Under the pieces are notes generated by a model that was given only the letters and a program-made list of their open reading frames with translations, did no database searches and had not been told where the DNA came from. A DNA stretch of 64,000 nt from Nitrospinaceae bacterium. Its GTDB lineage: Bacteria; Nitrospinota; Nitrospinia; Nitrospinales; Nitrospinaceae. The stretch covers positions 2,976,001-3,040,000 of the forward strand of contig OZ245011.1 of NCBI GenBank assembly GCA_965223665.1, read 5' to 3'. Below, in pieces: positions 42,031 through 51,241 of this stretch (positions within the stretch are counted from its first letter, which is position 1; every line of letters starts with the position of its first letter). The position numbers and the translations under genes are program-made.

Positions 42031-43326
42031 TTAGAAGTTCTCAAGTTCTTCATTTTCTTCAGAGAAATTACTTTTGATTGGCAGGTCAATAATGAAAGTT
42101 GCTCCTCTTCCATATTCGCTCTCAACACGAATGGTACCTTGATGTTTTTCAATAATGGTATAGCAAACCGAAAGGCCTAATCCGGTGCCTTTATCCTCAG
42201 GTTTGGTAGTAAAAAAGGGATCGAATAATTTCACCATATCTTCTGGTTTAATTCCCGTCCCAGTATCAGATATTTTAATTCGAATCACCCCAATATGCCC
42301 ATTCTCATCAGTATCTAAATATTCAAAATCACTGACTTCATTCGAATGACTCGAGAAATCCTTATCAATAATTTCGGTGCTAACCGTTAAAGTACCAGCT
42401 TTTTCTTCCATTGCATGACGGGCATTGTTTATTAAATTCAGAAATACCTGACGCATTCGATTTGCATCAATTTTAATTTTCGGAATTTTAGGATCAAATG
42501 CACGAGATATATTAATATTGTCTAAAAGTATATCGTTCTCCATAATTGCTAATACAGATTCTAAATCTTCATTCACATTAGAAAATTTCAATTCCATGTC
42601 TTCTTTTCTAGAAAACTTAAGCAATCCGCCAACAATTTTCTCGATGCGTCCTATTTCTTCCATAATAGAATTCATATCTTCATTGAGCCCTGAATCTTCT
42701 CCTCTTTCAAGCATCAATGCTTGAACGTGCCCTGAAATAATATTTAACGGGTTAAGAATTTCATGACACACTCCTGCGGCTAATCGACCAATACTCGCCA
42801 GCTTTTCAGATCGTAAGACCAGATCTTGAGCTTCATGCAACTCCACCATGGAATTTTGTAATTTTTCATTCGCAGCTTTTATATTTTCATTTGATTCTTT
42901 AAGTTGGTCTTCTGCTGTTTTCCGCAATTCCTCTTCTTTATGAAGTTGCATTGCGAAACGAATAGATTGAAAAAGAGATTCAGACGTCAGGTTACTTTTG
43001 GTGCGATAATCAGTGGCGCCACATTTCATCGCCTCAACAGCAATTTCATGATTCCCGTGACCAGTGAGAAAAATAATGGGTATTGTTATTCCCTGCTGGC
43101 GGACACTTCGAAGTAATTCAATTCCATTTGTTTCACCCAGTCTATAATCAAACATGCACAAGTCGTACTTTTCTCGTTCTAGAAGTTCTAAAGTGGATTT
43201 GGGATTTAGGATGTGTTTGATTTTAGGTCGTGGTTCAAAATCTCCTTCGACCATTAAATCTTTAATAAAAAACGCATCATCTTCATCATCTTCGACTAAT
43301 AAAATTTTTAATGATTCTTTATTCAT
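42031..43326 (-). CDS. Hybrid sensor: receiver domain + NtrB-type histidine kinase
   Basis: LLVEDDEDD, FDYRL, LTG receiver; HEILNPL, QVFLNLINNA, DTGTG, FDPFFTTK, GTGLGL. Confidence 0.9.
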   Translation of the reverse strand: MNKESLKILLVEDDEDDAFFIKDLMVEGDFEPRPKIKHILNPKSTLELLEREKYDLCMFDYRLGETNGIELLRSVRQQGITIPIIFLTGHGNHEIAVEAMKCGATDYRTKSNLTSESLFQSIRFAMQLHKEEELRKTAEDQLKESNENIKAANEKLQNSMVELHEAQDLVLRSEKLASIGRLAAGVCHEILNPLNIISGHVQALMLERGEDSGLNEDMNSIMEEIGRIEKIVGGLLKFSRKEDMELKFSNVNEDLESVLAIMENDILLDNINISRAFDPKIPKIKIDANRMRQVFLNLINNARHAMEEKAGTLTVSTEIIDKDFSSHSNEVSDFEYLDTDENGHIGVIRIKISDTGTGIKPEDMVKLFDPFFTTKPEDKGTGLGLSVCYTIIEKHQGTIRVESEYGRGATFIIDLPIKSNFSEENEELENF

Positions 43327-43601
43327 TACCTATTGATGATTTATTGATCAATGAAAAAATTGATTAACCCCAAAACTAAAGTAAAGAGATCAATATGCTC
43401 TTTTCACCAAGTCTTTTTTAAATTGGAGTAAAAGGGTTTTATATCAAATATGCAAAACAATGAAATTCAATCTATTGGAATCCCTATAAATAGTATAAGG
43501 GAATTAAAGAAGGACTAATAGAATATATTGTAAAATGGCGAATTGTGGAAATGAGATTTGAAGAAAGCTCGAAAAAGTGTTGATTTTTAGTACTTTATAA
43601 A

Positions 43602-44168
43602 TCAGGGTTTTCTTTTATGGAGATAGCAATTTTCCGTGTGGTCGTCAACTAAACCCGCAGCCTGCATGAAAGCGTAACAGATGGTACTTCCGACAAATTT
43701 AAACCCATTTTTCTTTAAGTCCTTACTTAAACAATCACTGTCTTTTGTGGTGGCTGGTAAATCTGTAAGTTTTTTAAACTTGTTTTTAATCGGTTTACCA
43801 CCAACAAATGACCAAACATATTGACTAAAAGTTTTGTAATCTTTTTTTATTTTTAGAAATGATTGCGCGTTTTGTCGAACTGAAAAAACTTTAAGTCGAT
43901 TACGAATTATCCCTGGGTCTTTTAAAATTTTTTCAAGTTGTTTGTCAGTTAATTTTGAAAGTTTTACTGGATCAAAATTGTAGAATGCTTTTCGATAGTT
44001 TTCTCGACGTTTCAAAATTGTTTCCCAGGATAATCCCGCCTGAGCCCCTTCCAGGCAAAGCAGCTCGAAAAGTTTTTGGTCATCCTTTAAAGGTCTTCCC
44101 CATTCTTTATCATGGTATTCCACGTACCAGGGTTTATCTAAATTCACCCATTCGCACCGCTTTTTCAC
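43602..44168 (-). CDS. tag: DNA-3-methyladenine glycosylase I
   Basis: RCEW, YHDKEWG, LEGAQAGLSW, IIRNRLK, FKFVGSTICYAFMQAAG..DH...C. Confidence 0.95.
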   Translation of the reverse strand: MKKRCEWVNLDKPWYVEYHDKEWGRPLKDDQKLFELLCLEGAQAGLSWETILKRRENYRKAFYNFDPVKLSKLTDKQLEKILKDPGIIRNRLKVFSVRQNAQSFLKIKKDYKTFSQYVWSFVGGKPIKNKFKKLTDLPATTKDSDCLSKDLKKNGFKFVGSTICYAFMQAAGLVDDHTENCYLHKRKP

Positions 44169-44241
44169 TTGATCCTCAAAAAATTTAGTTATTAAAAAAG
44201 ATAGGCTTCAATAAAACATACTACCAATTAATTTCATAGTA

Positions 44242-44931
44242 TCAGCAGCACCCAAAGTCGGAAGATTCTTCCTTAAGACATTTGATTTTTTCGTAGGTAA
44301 AAGCACCAAGAGCAGCACCTAATATAGTAAATACCAAATAAATCCAGATTTGATGGACATTTCCAGAAATAATAGCGGGTCCTAATGATCTTGCGGGGTT
44401 CATAGAGGCTCCAGTTAAAGGGCCTCCAATAAAAGCGCACAAGGTGACTGTGGATCCTATTGCAATTCCTGCAAATTCACCTATAGCTCGTGTATCGGTG
44501 GCGACGCTAATGATGACAAACATTAAAACAAAACTTAAAATAATTTCTAATCCTGATCCAATTGCCAGAGAAGACTGAACCTGGGTCACTCCAAAACTAT
44601 GGGCCTTACCCCAAATAATCCAATGAATACAGGAAGCGCTCAAAGCCCCAAGTAACTGTCCGCTTATGTAACCGAAAACACGATTCAAAGGAAATTTACG
44701 GGTTAAAGAAAAAGCCACAGTGACTGCGGGGTTGAAATGGGCACCAGAAATATGACCCACCGAATAAATCATAATAGAAATAGTTCCCCCAAAAATTATG
44801 GGAACCATAAAGTTGGGCAGGGCTTGCGGTTGTAACTCACTTAAAATAATCGCTCCACACCCAAAAAATACGAGAAAAAAGGTTCCAATGAATTCTGCAA
44901 TGTACTGAGAAAGTTCGTGATGAGGTTTCAT
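44242..44931 (-). CDS. MIP family channel (aquaporin/NIP-like)
   Basis: AEFIGTF, HISGAHFNPAVT, GASMNPARS; C-terminal GCC. Confidence 0.9.
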   Translation of the reverse strand: MKPHHELSQYIAEFIGTFFLVFFGCGAIILSELQPQALPNFMVPIIFGGTISIMIYSVGHISGAHFNPAVTVAFSLTRKFPLNRVFGYISGQLLGALSASCIHWIIWGKAHSFGVTQVQSSLAIGSGLEIILSFVLMFVIISVATDTRAIGEFAGIAIGSTVTLCAFIGGPLTGASMNPARSLGPAIISGNVHQIWIYLVFTILGAALGAFTYEKIKCLKEESSDFGCC

Positions 44932-45166
44932 ATTTCTAACCCAAAAAAATATTTAATAGTTACATGAGTTCCTTAGATAAGAACCAGTAATCTTCCTACG
45001 GATTTTAAGAAGCATATCAGGTTTAATAATAGGAATAAACCGCTTCTACTCCAGAATAAAAAGTATCAAAAAAAAGTGTTGAAAATCTGGGTCTAGTGAA
45101 AAGAAGTCATTGATTTTTTAAGTTAAAACCGGTTTAATAGAAATTTCCCTAATCTTCAAATAATAA

Positions 45167-45243
<77 letters not shown>

Positions 45244-45286
45244 AAAATCAATGGGTTATGAATTTAGGCTAACTTCAAAACTATCT

Positions 45287-45307
45287 TGGGTAGCGATATG
45301 GGTAGCG
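45287..45307 (+). repeat. Putative integrase arm-type sites (left)
   Basis: TGGGTAGCG twice at 12-bp period; a further GGGTAGC at 45417-45423. Confidence 0.65.
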
Positions 45308-45607
45308 TTTTTATTTATAGAGTTAATTTAGATAATACTAGATTTCCCTAGTTCTATTCTCACTATTCCCTCACTTACCTTAATTCAAAAAATATAGAAA
45401 AAATAGGAAGGGTGTAGGGTAGCTGCTTAAAATTCACACTAGTTGAATGATCTGAGGCAGGGGCAAGTTTACAGAAACTGAACTTTAAATATGGGCTAAA
45501 CTTCGGGGTTTGGTTAGCAGCAAGACTTGAGAAGTTGGAGGTAAGCTCTGAAACACCAGCTTGGTTCTGCCCACAATATTATTGGCAAGTCCTTTGGAGA
45601 ACCAGAC

Positions 45608-46174
45608 ATGATTTGGATACTTAGAGCTACCTACTTCTTATGCCCGATCTTAGCGATCGGATCGGTGATTTGGTTTTTCGTTAGTGATGTTGGTATCTGG
45701 GCCTTAATGCTATTCTTCTTTTTTGGATTCCTCGGAATGTTTGCGGGCGGTGCGACGAAGCAGATAGAAGATCAAAAACGCAAGACATTTACTTTCCACC
45801 CCGATGATCCACTCAGTATTTCACGCGCCGCCTTTTACGAGATCGAAGCCAAGGATGATGTTCCAGGTTTTTCACTTATAAAAGAGGATGTCTTGTCAAT
45901 GCTAAATGATCGGGAAAAGACGACAGCCTCGATAGTTGATGACAAGCTTGATCCAAAAGGACTTATATATCTACTCATTTCAAATGTGGCATACGCCAAT
46001 ATCTGCTCTGGACAGTACCATATTTATCGCGGTACTCTCAGTGCAAACGGAAAGCAACTTATGGCAGGGTTCAAGGTCGCCTCCCGCCAGATGGTGGCCC
46101 ACGGTATCCATGATCAAGCGGCGCACGAACAGGAGATGGCGAGCCTAAAGAAAGAGATTGCCGCTATAGGTTGA
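45608..46174 (+). CDS. Hypothetical membrane protein (element cargo)
   Basis: 188 aa, two N-terminal hydrophobic segments; preceded by GGAGA. Confidence 0.6.
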   Translation: MIWILRATYFLCPILAIGSVIWFFVSDVGIWALMLFFFFGFLGMFAGGATKQIEDQKRKTFTFHPDDPLSISRAAFYEIEAKDDVPGFSLIKEDVLSMLNDREKTTASIVDDKLDPKGLIYLLISNVAYANICSGQYHIYRGTLSANGKQLMAGFKVASRQMVAHGIHDQAAHEQEMASLKKEIAAIG

Positions 46175-46296
46175 ATATGTTGCGCATAACCCACCCATCA
46201 AGTGGCACCCAAAAACTCTATTTTGCTACCTGACCCGACCCTCTGGAATTAGTCTTTCTGTTAAACAAAGAGAAACCTAAAAAACATTTTAGAATT

Positions 46297-46620
46297 TTAT
46301 ATTTTGGTTAATTTCAAATTCCCTATTGACTGAACCATCCGATTCAATTCCCGCCTTACCCTCATGGATTCTTTTCTTTGTTGAATAACTTCTGCAGATC
46401 GGTTCCCGTGTTTCCAGTTAGCTTTCCGACTTCGCTCTAAACCTGCCAATGTGCGGGGTCCTGTGCTCTTGCCCCCATGCAATCGACAGCGTCCATTTTT
46501 CATTGCGGGACTTTGGCAAGGAGTTTGTTTTCTGGTTTTGGCACCACAGCGAGGAGTTTGATTAGCATAGTTTAAACCTATCTTCCAAATGGGCTGATGG
46601 GGTTCATTGACGTTTCTCAT
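46297..46620 (-). CDS. HGGxSTG domain protein
   Basis: RCGAKTRKQTPCQSPAMKNGRCRLHGGKSTGPRT...KHG. Confidence 0.85.
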   Translation of the reverse strand: MRNVNEPHQPIWKIGLNYANQTPRCGAKTRKQTPCQSPAMKNGRCRLHGGKSTGPRTLAGLERSRKANWKHGNRSAEVIQQRKESMRVRRELNRMVQSIGNLKLTKI

Positions 46621-47315
46621 GATTCCCCCCTGGTATCTAAGGCCCCGGTGACTACCGCTTGGCCTCCATCTTTAACATTGATATGCTGCACCGTGATAGT
46701 CTGGTTCCCTCCAGTTCGAAGTTTATGGAGAGCCATTAAACCTTTCTGAAAACTATCCATCATTCGGGCAGAAGCATTGGATGCTCGTATAGACTCTAAT
46801 GAATAATATTCCTTACTATGGAGGGTGATTGCATTATCACTTTCACTCAAATTTTTAAGTGAACGACTGGCAAAAGTCATTGCCAGTTTATGAGCTGCTC
46901 CTAATTGGTGAGCCAACATTTTTTCCAACGAGTTCTTCGCTTGGATAGTTTCAGCCGCATCGAGAGCGAGTCCGGTGCAGTCTGCATCGAATATTAATTG
47001 CAGTCGTTCTTGACTCGCTTCGGCAGTGACATTATCAGGTTTATCAACAGTATTTACTAAAGCGGGTATTTCCTCAGCTCTTTCTTTGGAAAGAGATAAT
47101 TCACCTCCACAACCCACGGTGGGATGTTCATTCTCTGGAATCTTTATGGCTTCCTGAACCTGTTCTTCTAACTCATCAGCATCCAAACGCATAAAGCTTG
47201 CTCCCAAAGTATCTACACAAGGAGGAGATTCCAGTTCATTAGCCGTAGCTCTCAGGTTTTTTACTTCAACTTTATCTCGTAATGCTTTTTTTAATTTATC
47301 TTTAGGCTTTGACAT
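46617..47315 (-). CDS. Hypothetical protein coupled to the HGGxSTG gene
   Basis: 4-bp overlap with the HGGxSTG gene; LEKMLAHQL and QTITVQHINVKDGGQAVV motifs. Confidence 0.65.
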   Translation of the reverse strand: MSKPKDKLKKALRDKVEVKNLRATANELESPPCVDTLGASFMRLDADELEEQVQEAIKIPENEHPTVGCGGELSLSKERAEEIPALVNTVDKPDNVTAEASQERLQLIFDADCTGLALDAAETIQAKNSLEKMLAHQLGAAHKLAMTFASRSLKNLSESDNAITLHSKEYYSLESIRASNASARMMDSFQKGLMALHKLRTGGNQTITVQHINVKDGGQAVVTGALDTRGES

Positions 47316-47349
47316 AATTCATCCAAATAAAATTAGAATTATATGCTTA

Positions 47350-47649
47350 TTAATTTTTCCAATGTTTTTGCAGTTCTTCTCTAATAGCCTTAATTTTCAT
47401 GCTACCTGGTTTCCACCAATGGTACTTTTGATTGCAATCAAAAGGAATTACTAAACTTTTTTGTTCATTGAGATAAGGCTTGGGTGTTGATTTCTTAATT
47501 ATTTGAATTAATTGAGGCTTAAAACACTTTATTTGTTCAATTAAATCTTCCTCAATTGGTTGATTGCCTGCGCACTTTAATTGGTTTCCTTCAACGCTTA
47601 ACTCAAAACCTTTTTTTTGTATTTCTTTCAAAAATTGCTGAGGGGTCAT
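47350..47649 (-). CDS. Small protein, TubC N-terminal docking-domain-like, coupled to primase
   Basis: FLKEIQKKGFELSVEGNQLKC; overlaps the primase stop. Confidence 0.55.
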   Translation of the reverse strand: MTPQQFLKEIQKKGFELSVEGNQLKCAGNQPIEEDLIEQIKCFKPQLIQIIKKSTPKPYLNEQKSLVIPFDCNQKYHWWKPGSMKIKAIREELQKHWKN

Positions 47650-50081
47650 ATCCTTACCTCATGTATAGGAGAATCTGGATTCCTTTTAGATTTATTAGGG
47701 GAAACGCCGTCATCGCCGTCAGGGCCGAACAATTCTTTATTTTTAAAGGTTTTATTTTTTGTCGGTGTCTTGTCGACGTTGGCCTGGGTCGACAAATCGC
47801 CGTCAAGAGCGGACTCTTTATTTGTCAAGGAGTTATCCTCCTTTATAGTGGCTCTGTCGGCCTGATCGGCCTTTTCCGGAACTTTTCTAAATGTGACAAT
47901 TTTTCGACCGGTGCCTGTTTCTCGTTGATCAAAATCGACTTCGATTCCGATTTCAAGCAGGGTAGGAGCCAACCTTCTGATTCGGTTCGAAAGTACGCTT
48001 GGAGATTTAGGCCATTGTCTGGTTCCACCAACTCTGGGGTCTATCTGTTTACCGAGCTCAGAAAGCAAATCTGAAAAACTGCCTTCCCATTTACCCAGCA
48101 TGGCCATCAATTCAATGATGGACTGGGCCAAGACATCTGTTTCCAGATTGTTTTCAATCGCTAAGGCAAGGTTATTCTCATATTCTTTTTGAAATGATCC
48201 GGACTCCCAACCTAGAGAGGATTCAGCGGCCGTCACCCACTTGGTAAAATCCGCCATGCGAGGATATGAATCCAAGGTTATAATTTCATTGACCTTATGG
48301 GCATGGCAAACTGCATCCAAAAGCGCTCCTAAAATTCTGGAACGGGCTTTTTCAAAATCCTTTAATAAAGTTTGTTCGTCTTTCCTTTTTTCTTTTGGGA
48401 TTCTTGGCAGGAATAAAATTAAAGATCTTACTCTAAGATCATCCCGTTTGCAGATGTCATCAATTCCATTCAGAATCAAAGGACGCTGAGATTCAAAGAT
48501 GATCTCTTCGGAATCTGTGTAAAGTTCTCGAGTACCAAGCCCTCCCCCCGTCGACAATCTGCAGAATGCATCCGATAGCCATGGGGAAAGGCCACTCAAG
48601 TTGTCAAAGGCTAATATCCAGGAGTTTTTGGCGCTGATCATCAAGTCTCGACATTCTTTCGGTGTACTTCTCAATGTCGATATTGAAGGATCGACTACAG
48701 AACGGATGATGCGACTGAAGGTAGACTTGGCAGAACCATGTTCGCCTTGAATGACTAATATAGGAAAAGGGCCTTTGGATTTTAAAGCTGCGATCAAATA
48801 ACCCACGACCAATTTTTTCTGGTCCTCACGAATATTAATGAATTGAAACAATTCATCAACCTTACCTCCAGATACTGGATGAGGAATGGGGTTCATTCCC
48901 CTCGCCCGGACAAATTTAACCGGAGATTGGGAAATAACTTTCCAACTTGTGCCAGTGATTTCTACGACTTCCCATTTGTTATTGCACAGATCTAGGTAGA
49001 TGTTTCCATTCGCTTCGCCTATTCGTGTATAAACTGGAATGGTTTTGCCCTCAAATCTAGCTCTACCTTCCAAAATTCCCAAGGCGTCACTTAGAGCTTG
49101 GTTGCCTGGGGGCTTATTGAACTGAGAGAAAAACTTATGACCTAGCCATAATTTGAAACCCTTCGATCGTACTTGACAAGTTTCATTATGGTCCTCTACC
49201 AAATAAGTCACATAGGCCGTCCCATCAGGATTGTGAAAAAATTCGCAACTTGAGGCTAGTTCAATCAACGACTGTGCCTGGGTGGGTTTTTCATCCCCAG
49301 ATAACTCAGAAAAAGAGTCAATAGAGGTGGTGGCGTCCGAATCGGGAATATTTTCTTCACCAAAATACTCTTCATAATTTCCTTGGTATATCGGAGCAGC
49401 ATCGACTAACTTCTTTAATTCTTCAATTGAATTTTCCTCAAGGTAATCAGAAACGTCATAGCCTGATTTGCAATCCTTAAATCGAATGATTTTGATGGAC
49501 TGAACAAAATTAAAAAGATGTTTCGAAACCAATTTGCCATGAGCCCGACCTTTTTCATCATTGTCTTCAATAATCACTACTTCCCGATCTTTAAAGTAGG
49601 GATTGTATTCAGATTTCCATTTTGCTTCGCCATCATAATTTGTGGTTGCGGTAAGTTTGTATTTTAATAAGGTATCGACATCCTTTTCACCTCCCACCAA
49701 ATAAACGGTTCCGGTACTATTTATTAACTCTGGAAGTCGGTAAAGGACCCGTTTTGTGTTGCCAAGTTTCCAAGTCCAGCCTCCTGATCGTTTTGGTTTT
49801 CTAAGTCGAAATTCTTTGGAAGGGTATCTTACCTTTTGAAAAAGGAGATTCCCGGTTTCATCCTGATAAGGGTATTCTTTGATTATGGATTCTGAATTTC
49901 CATCTTCTAGTCTGCCCTTCCAACCACAGTGGTGACAAACCCATACCCGTTTATCTAAATTGACGGACAGGCATGGTGCCGTCTTCTTTTTACGTGTATG
50001 AGAACATTTTGGGCATAATGCGCTTACTTCTCCTGCTTGTTTCTCATCAATCTTAATTCCAAAGTCAGCAAAGGTTAACAT
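47646..50081 (-). CDS. Primase-helicase (Zn-binding + TOPRIM + P-loop ATPase)
   Basis: CPKC...CHHC; LYRLP..GGEKD..EDNDEKG..DVSDY; Walker A GEHGSAKST; RMADF. ATG at 50081 has an AGGAG RBS (track start 50114). Confidence 0.85.
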   Translation of the reverse strand: MLTFADFGIKIDEKQAGEVSALCPKCSHTRKKKTAPCLSVNLDKRVWVCHHCGWKGRLEDGNSESIIKEYPYQDETGNLLFQKVRYPSKEFRLRKPKRSGGWTWKLGNTKRVLYRLPELINSTGTVYLVGGEKDVDTLLKYKLTATTNYDGEAKWKSEYNPYFKDREVVIIEDNDEKGRAHGKLVSKHLFNFVQSIKIIRFKDCKSGYDVSDYLEENSIEELKKLVDAAPIYQGNYEEYFGEENIPDSDATTSIDSFSELSGDEKPTQAQSLIELASSCEFFHNPDGTAYVTYLVEDHNETCQVRSKGFKLWLGHKFFSQFNKPPGNQALSDALGILEGRARFEGKTIPVYTRIGEANGNIYLDLCNNKWEVVEITGTSWKVISQSPVKFVRARGMNPIPHPVSGGKVDELFQFINIREDQKKLVVGYLIAALKSKGPFPILVIQGEHGSAKSTFSRIIRSVVDPSISTLRSTPKECRDLMISAKNSWILAFDNLSGLSPWLSDAFCRLSTGGGLGTRELYTDSEEIIFESQRPLILNGIDDICKRDDLRVRSLILFLPRIPKEKRKDEQTLLKDFEKARSRILGALLDAVCHAHKVNEIITLDSYPRMADFTKWVTAAESSLGWESGSFQKEYENNLALAIENNLETDVLAQSIIELMAMLGKWEGSFSDLLSELGKQIDPRVGGTRQWPKSPSVLSNRIRRLAPTLLEIGIEVDFDQRETGTGRKIVTFRKVPEKADQADRATIKEDNSLTNKESALDGDLSTQANVDKTPTKNKTFKNKELFGPDGDDGVSPNKSKRNPDSPIHEVRI

Positions 50082-50211
50082 TATGACCATCTCCTTTCTT
50101 CCCACCAAAGCCAAATACTGAGGATTAGGAGTATGGCTTGAGGCACAATTTCGTTGAAAAGCAACCGAGAAACTATGACATCGTAACTTAATTTTATTTG
50201 CCTAATTGTCA

Positions 50212-50445
50212 TCATGAGGTTATTCCTCCTTCTTCACCTAAAGTTCCCAAATTTCGTGAAGATCCACCCACCCCGCGAGGTCTTGATTCGATCCAGGCTT
50301 CAACTTCATTTAAATTCCAGCCCACACGATTTGAACTTAGTTGAATACTGAGAGGGAAATTCCCTGCCTTCATCAATCTCCAAATGGTGGACATGGACAG
50401 CCCAGTCATCTCAATAACTGTTTTCCTGGGGATGATTTTTTTCAT
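50212..50445 (-). CDS. AlpA-family transcriptional regulator / excisionase
   Basis: VIEMTGLSMSTIWRLMKAGNFP...LSSNRVGW...EVEAWI; ATG at 50445 preferred. Confidence 0.9.
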   Translation of the reverse strand: MKKIIPRKTVIEMTGLSMSTIWRLMKAGNFPLSIQLSSNRVGWNLNEVEAWIESRPRGVGGSSRNLGTLGEEGGITS

Positions 50446-50473
50446 TTTTCCCTTTTCAAAATTTGTTTTAGTC

Positions 50474-50523
50474 AAAAAAAAACGCTTCAAGGCATCGAGA
50501 AGCGTCTCAATGCCTTGAAGCGT
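50474..50523 (-). terminator. Strong intrinsic terminator immediately upstream of alpA
   Basis: Minus strand ACGCTTCAAGGCATTGAGA-CGCT-TCTCGATGCCTTGAAGCGT followed by a T-run. Confidence 0.75.
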
Positions 50524-51207
50524 CCGGTTCGCACTCCAAGCGTGGTCTGGTTTAGGCGGAAACTAATTCAGTTAATGAAATAGTACAGACCAAATATTGT
50601 GCGTAGCCGCATGGTTTTTCCGACCATTAAATACTTAGTTCCAAAAATGCTTGGTTCCAAAGGTACATGCGACCACTATAAATTTAGGAGAGTTTAATAA
50701 TTATCCTCTCACTAACATAATATAAATTTTCTAATTAAAAGCCAAATATTTTTTTATTCTTTGGACCCTAACAATTGAATCCTTTTAATGAAAGCCCTTG
50801 ATAAAAAAATCTATTCTTTTTATTGATTAATCTAAACCTTAAATTTCAATGGTTTAATAAGGTTTTTATTTTAATCAACTGACTGGAGTAAATATTTTTC
50901 TAAAGGAAATTAAATAGACCATTGAGGCAATATTTGATAACACAAATTAGTTGAATCTGAAGAGATAGAAATGTTTTAGTGAAAAACTAGAATTAAATTA
51001 TTAGTAAGAAACAAAAACAAAGTTTACCATTATTCTTTCTCAAACCTTGGCCATTTGGAAATAGAACCTTTTCACAATTTCTTTACATGATAGATATTTT
51101 GTATTAAAAGAAAAGCATTCATTGCCTAGTTTGGCCATCAAGCTTAGAAGAGGAAGAGATAGCCCTGATAGACTATATCAGATATCAAACGACCGGTTGA
51201 AATGACT

Positions 51208-51223
51208 ACCCATAGCGGACATT
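51208..51223. repeat. Cassette-boundary repeat R1 (half site)
   Basis: ACCCATAGCGGACATT, 18 bp before the helicase start. Confidence 0.7.
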
Positions 51224-51241
51224 CGCATATAGAGTAAAAAT

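Noticed and set aside
44658-44669. TGTCCGCTTATG matching the cassette repeat
   Set aside because: Inside the aquaporin coding sequence with no partner arm; likely chance.
46184-46210. GCATAACCCACCCATCAAGTGG, like the left half of an attC after the 188-aa cargo gene
   Set aside because: No complementary right half or GTT box found.
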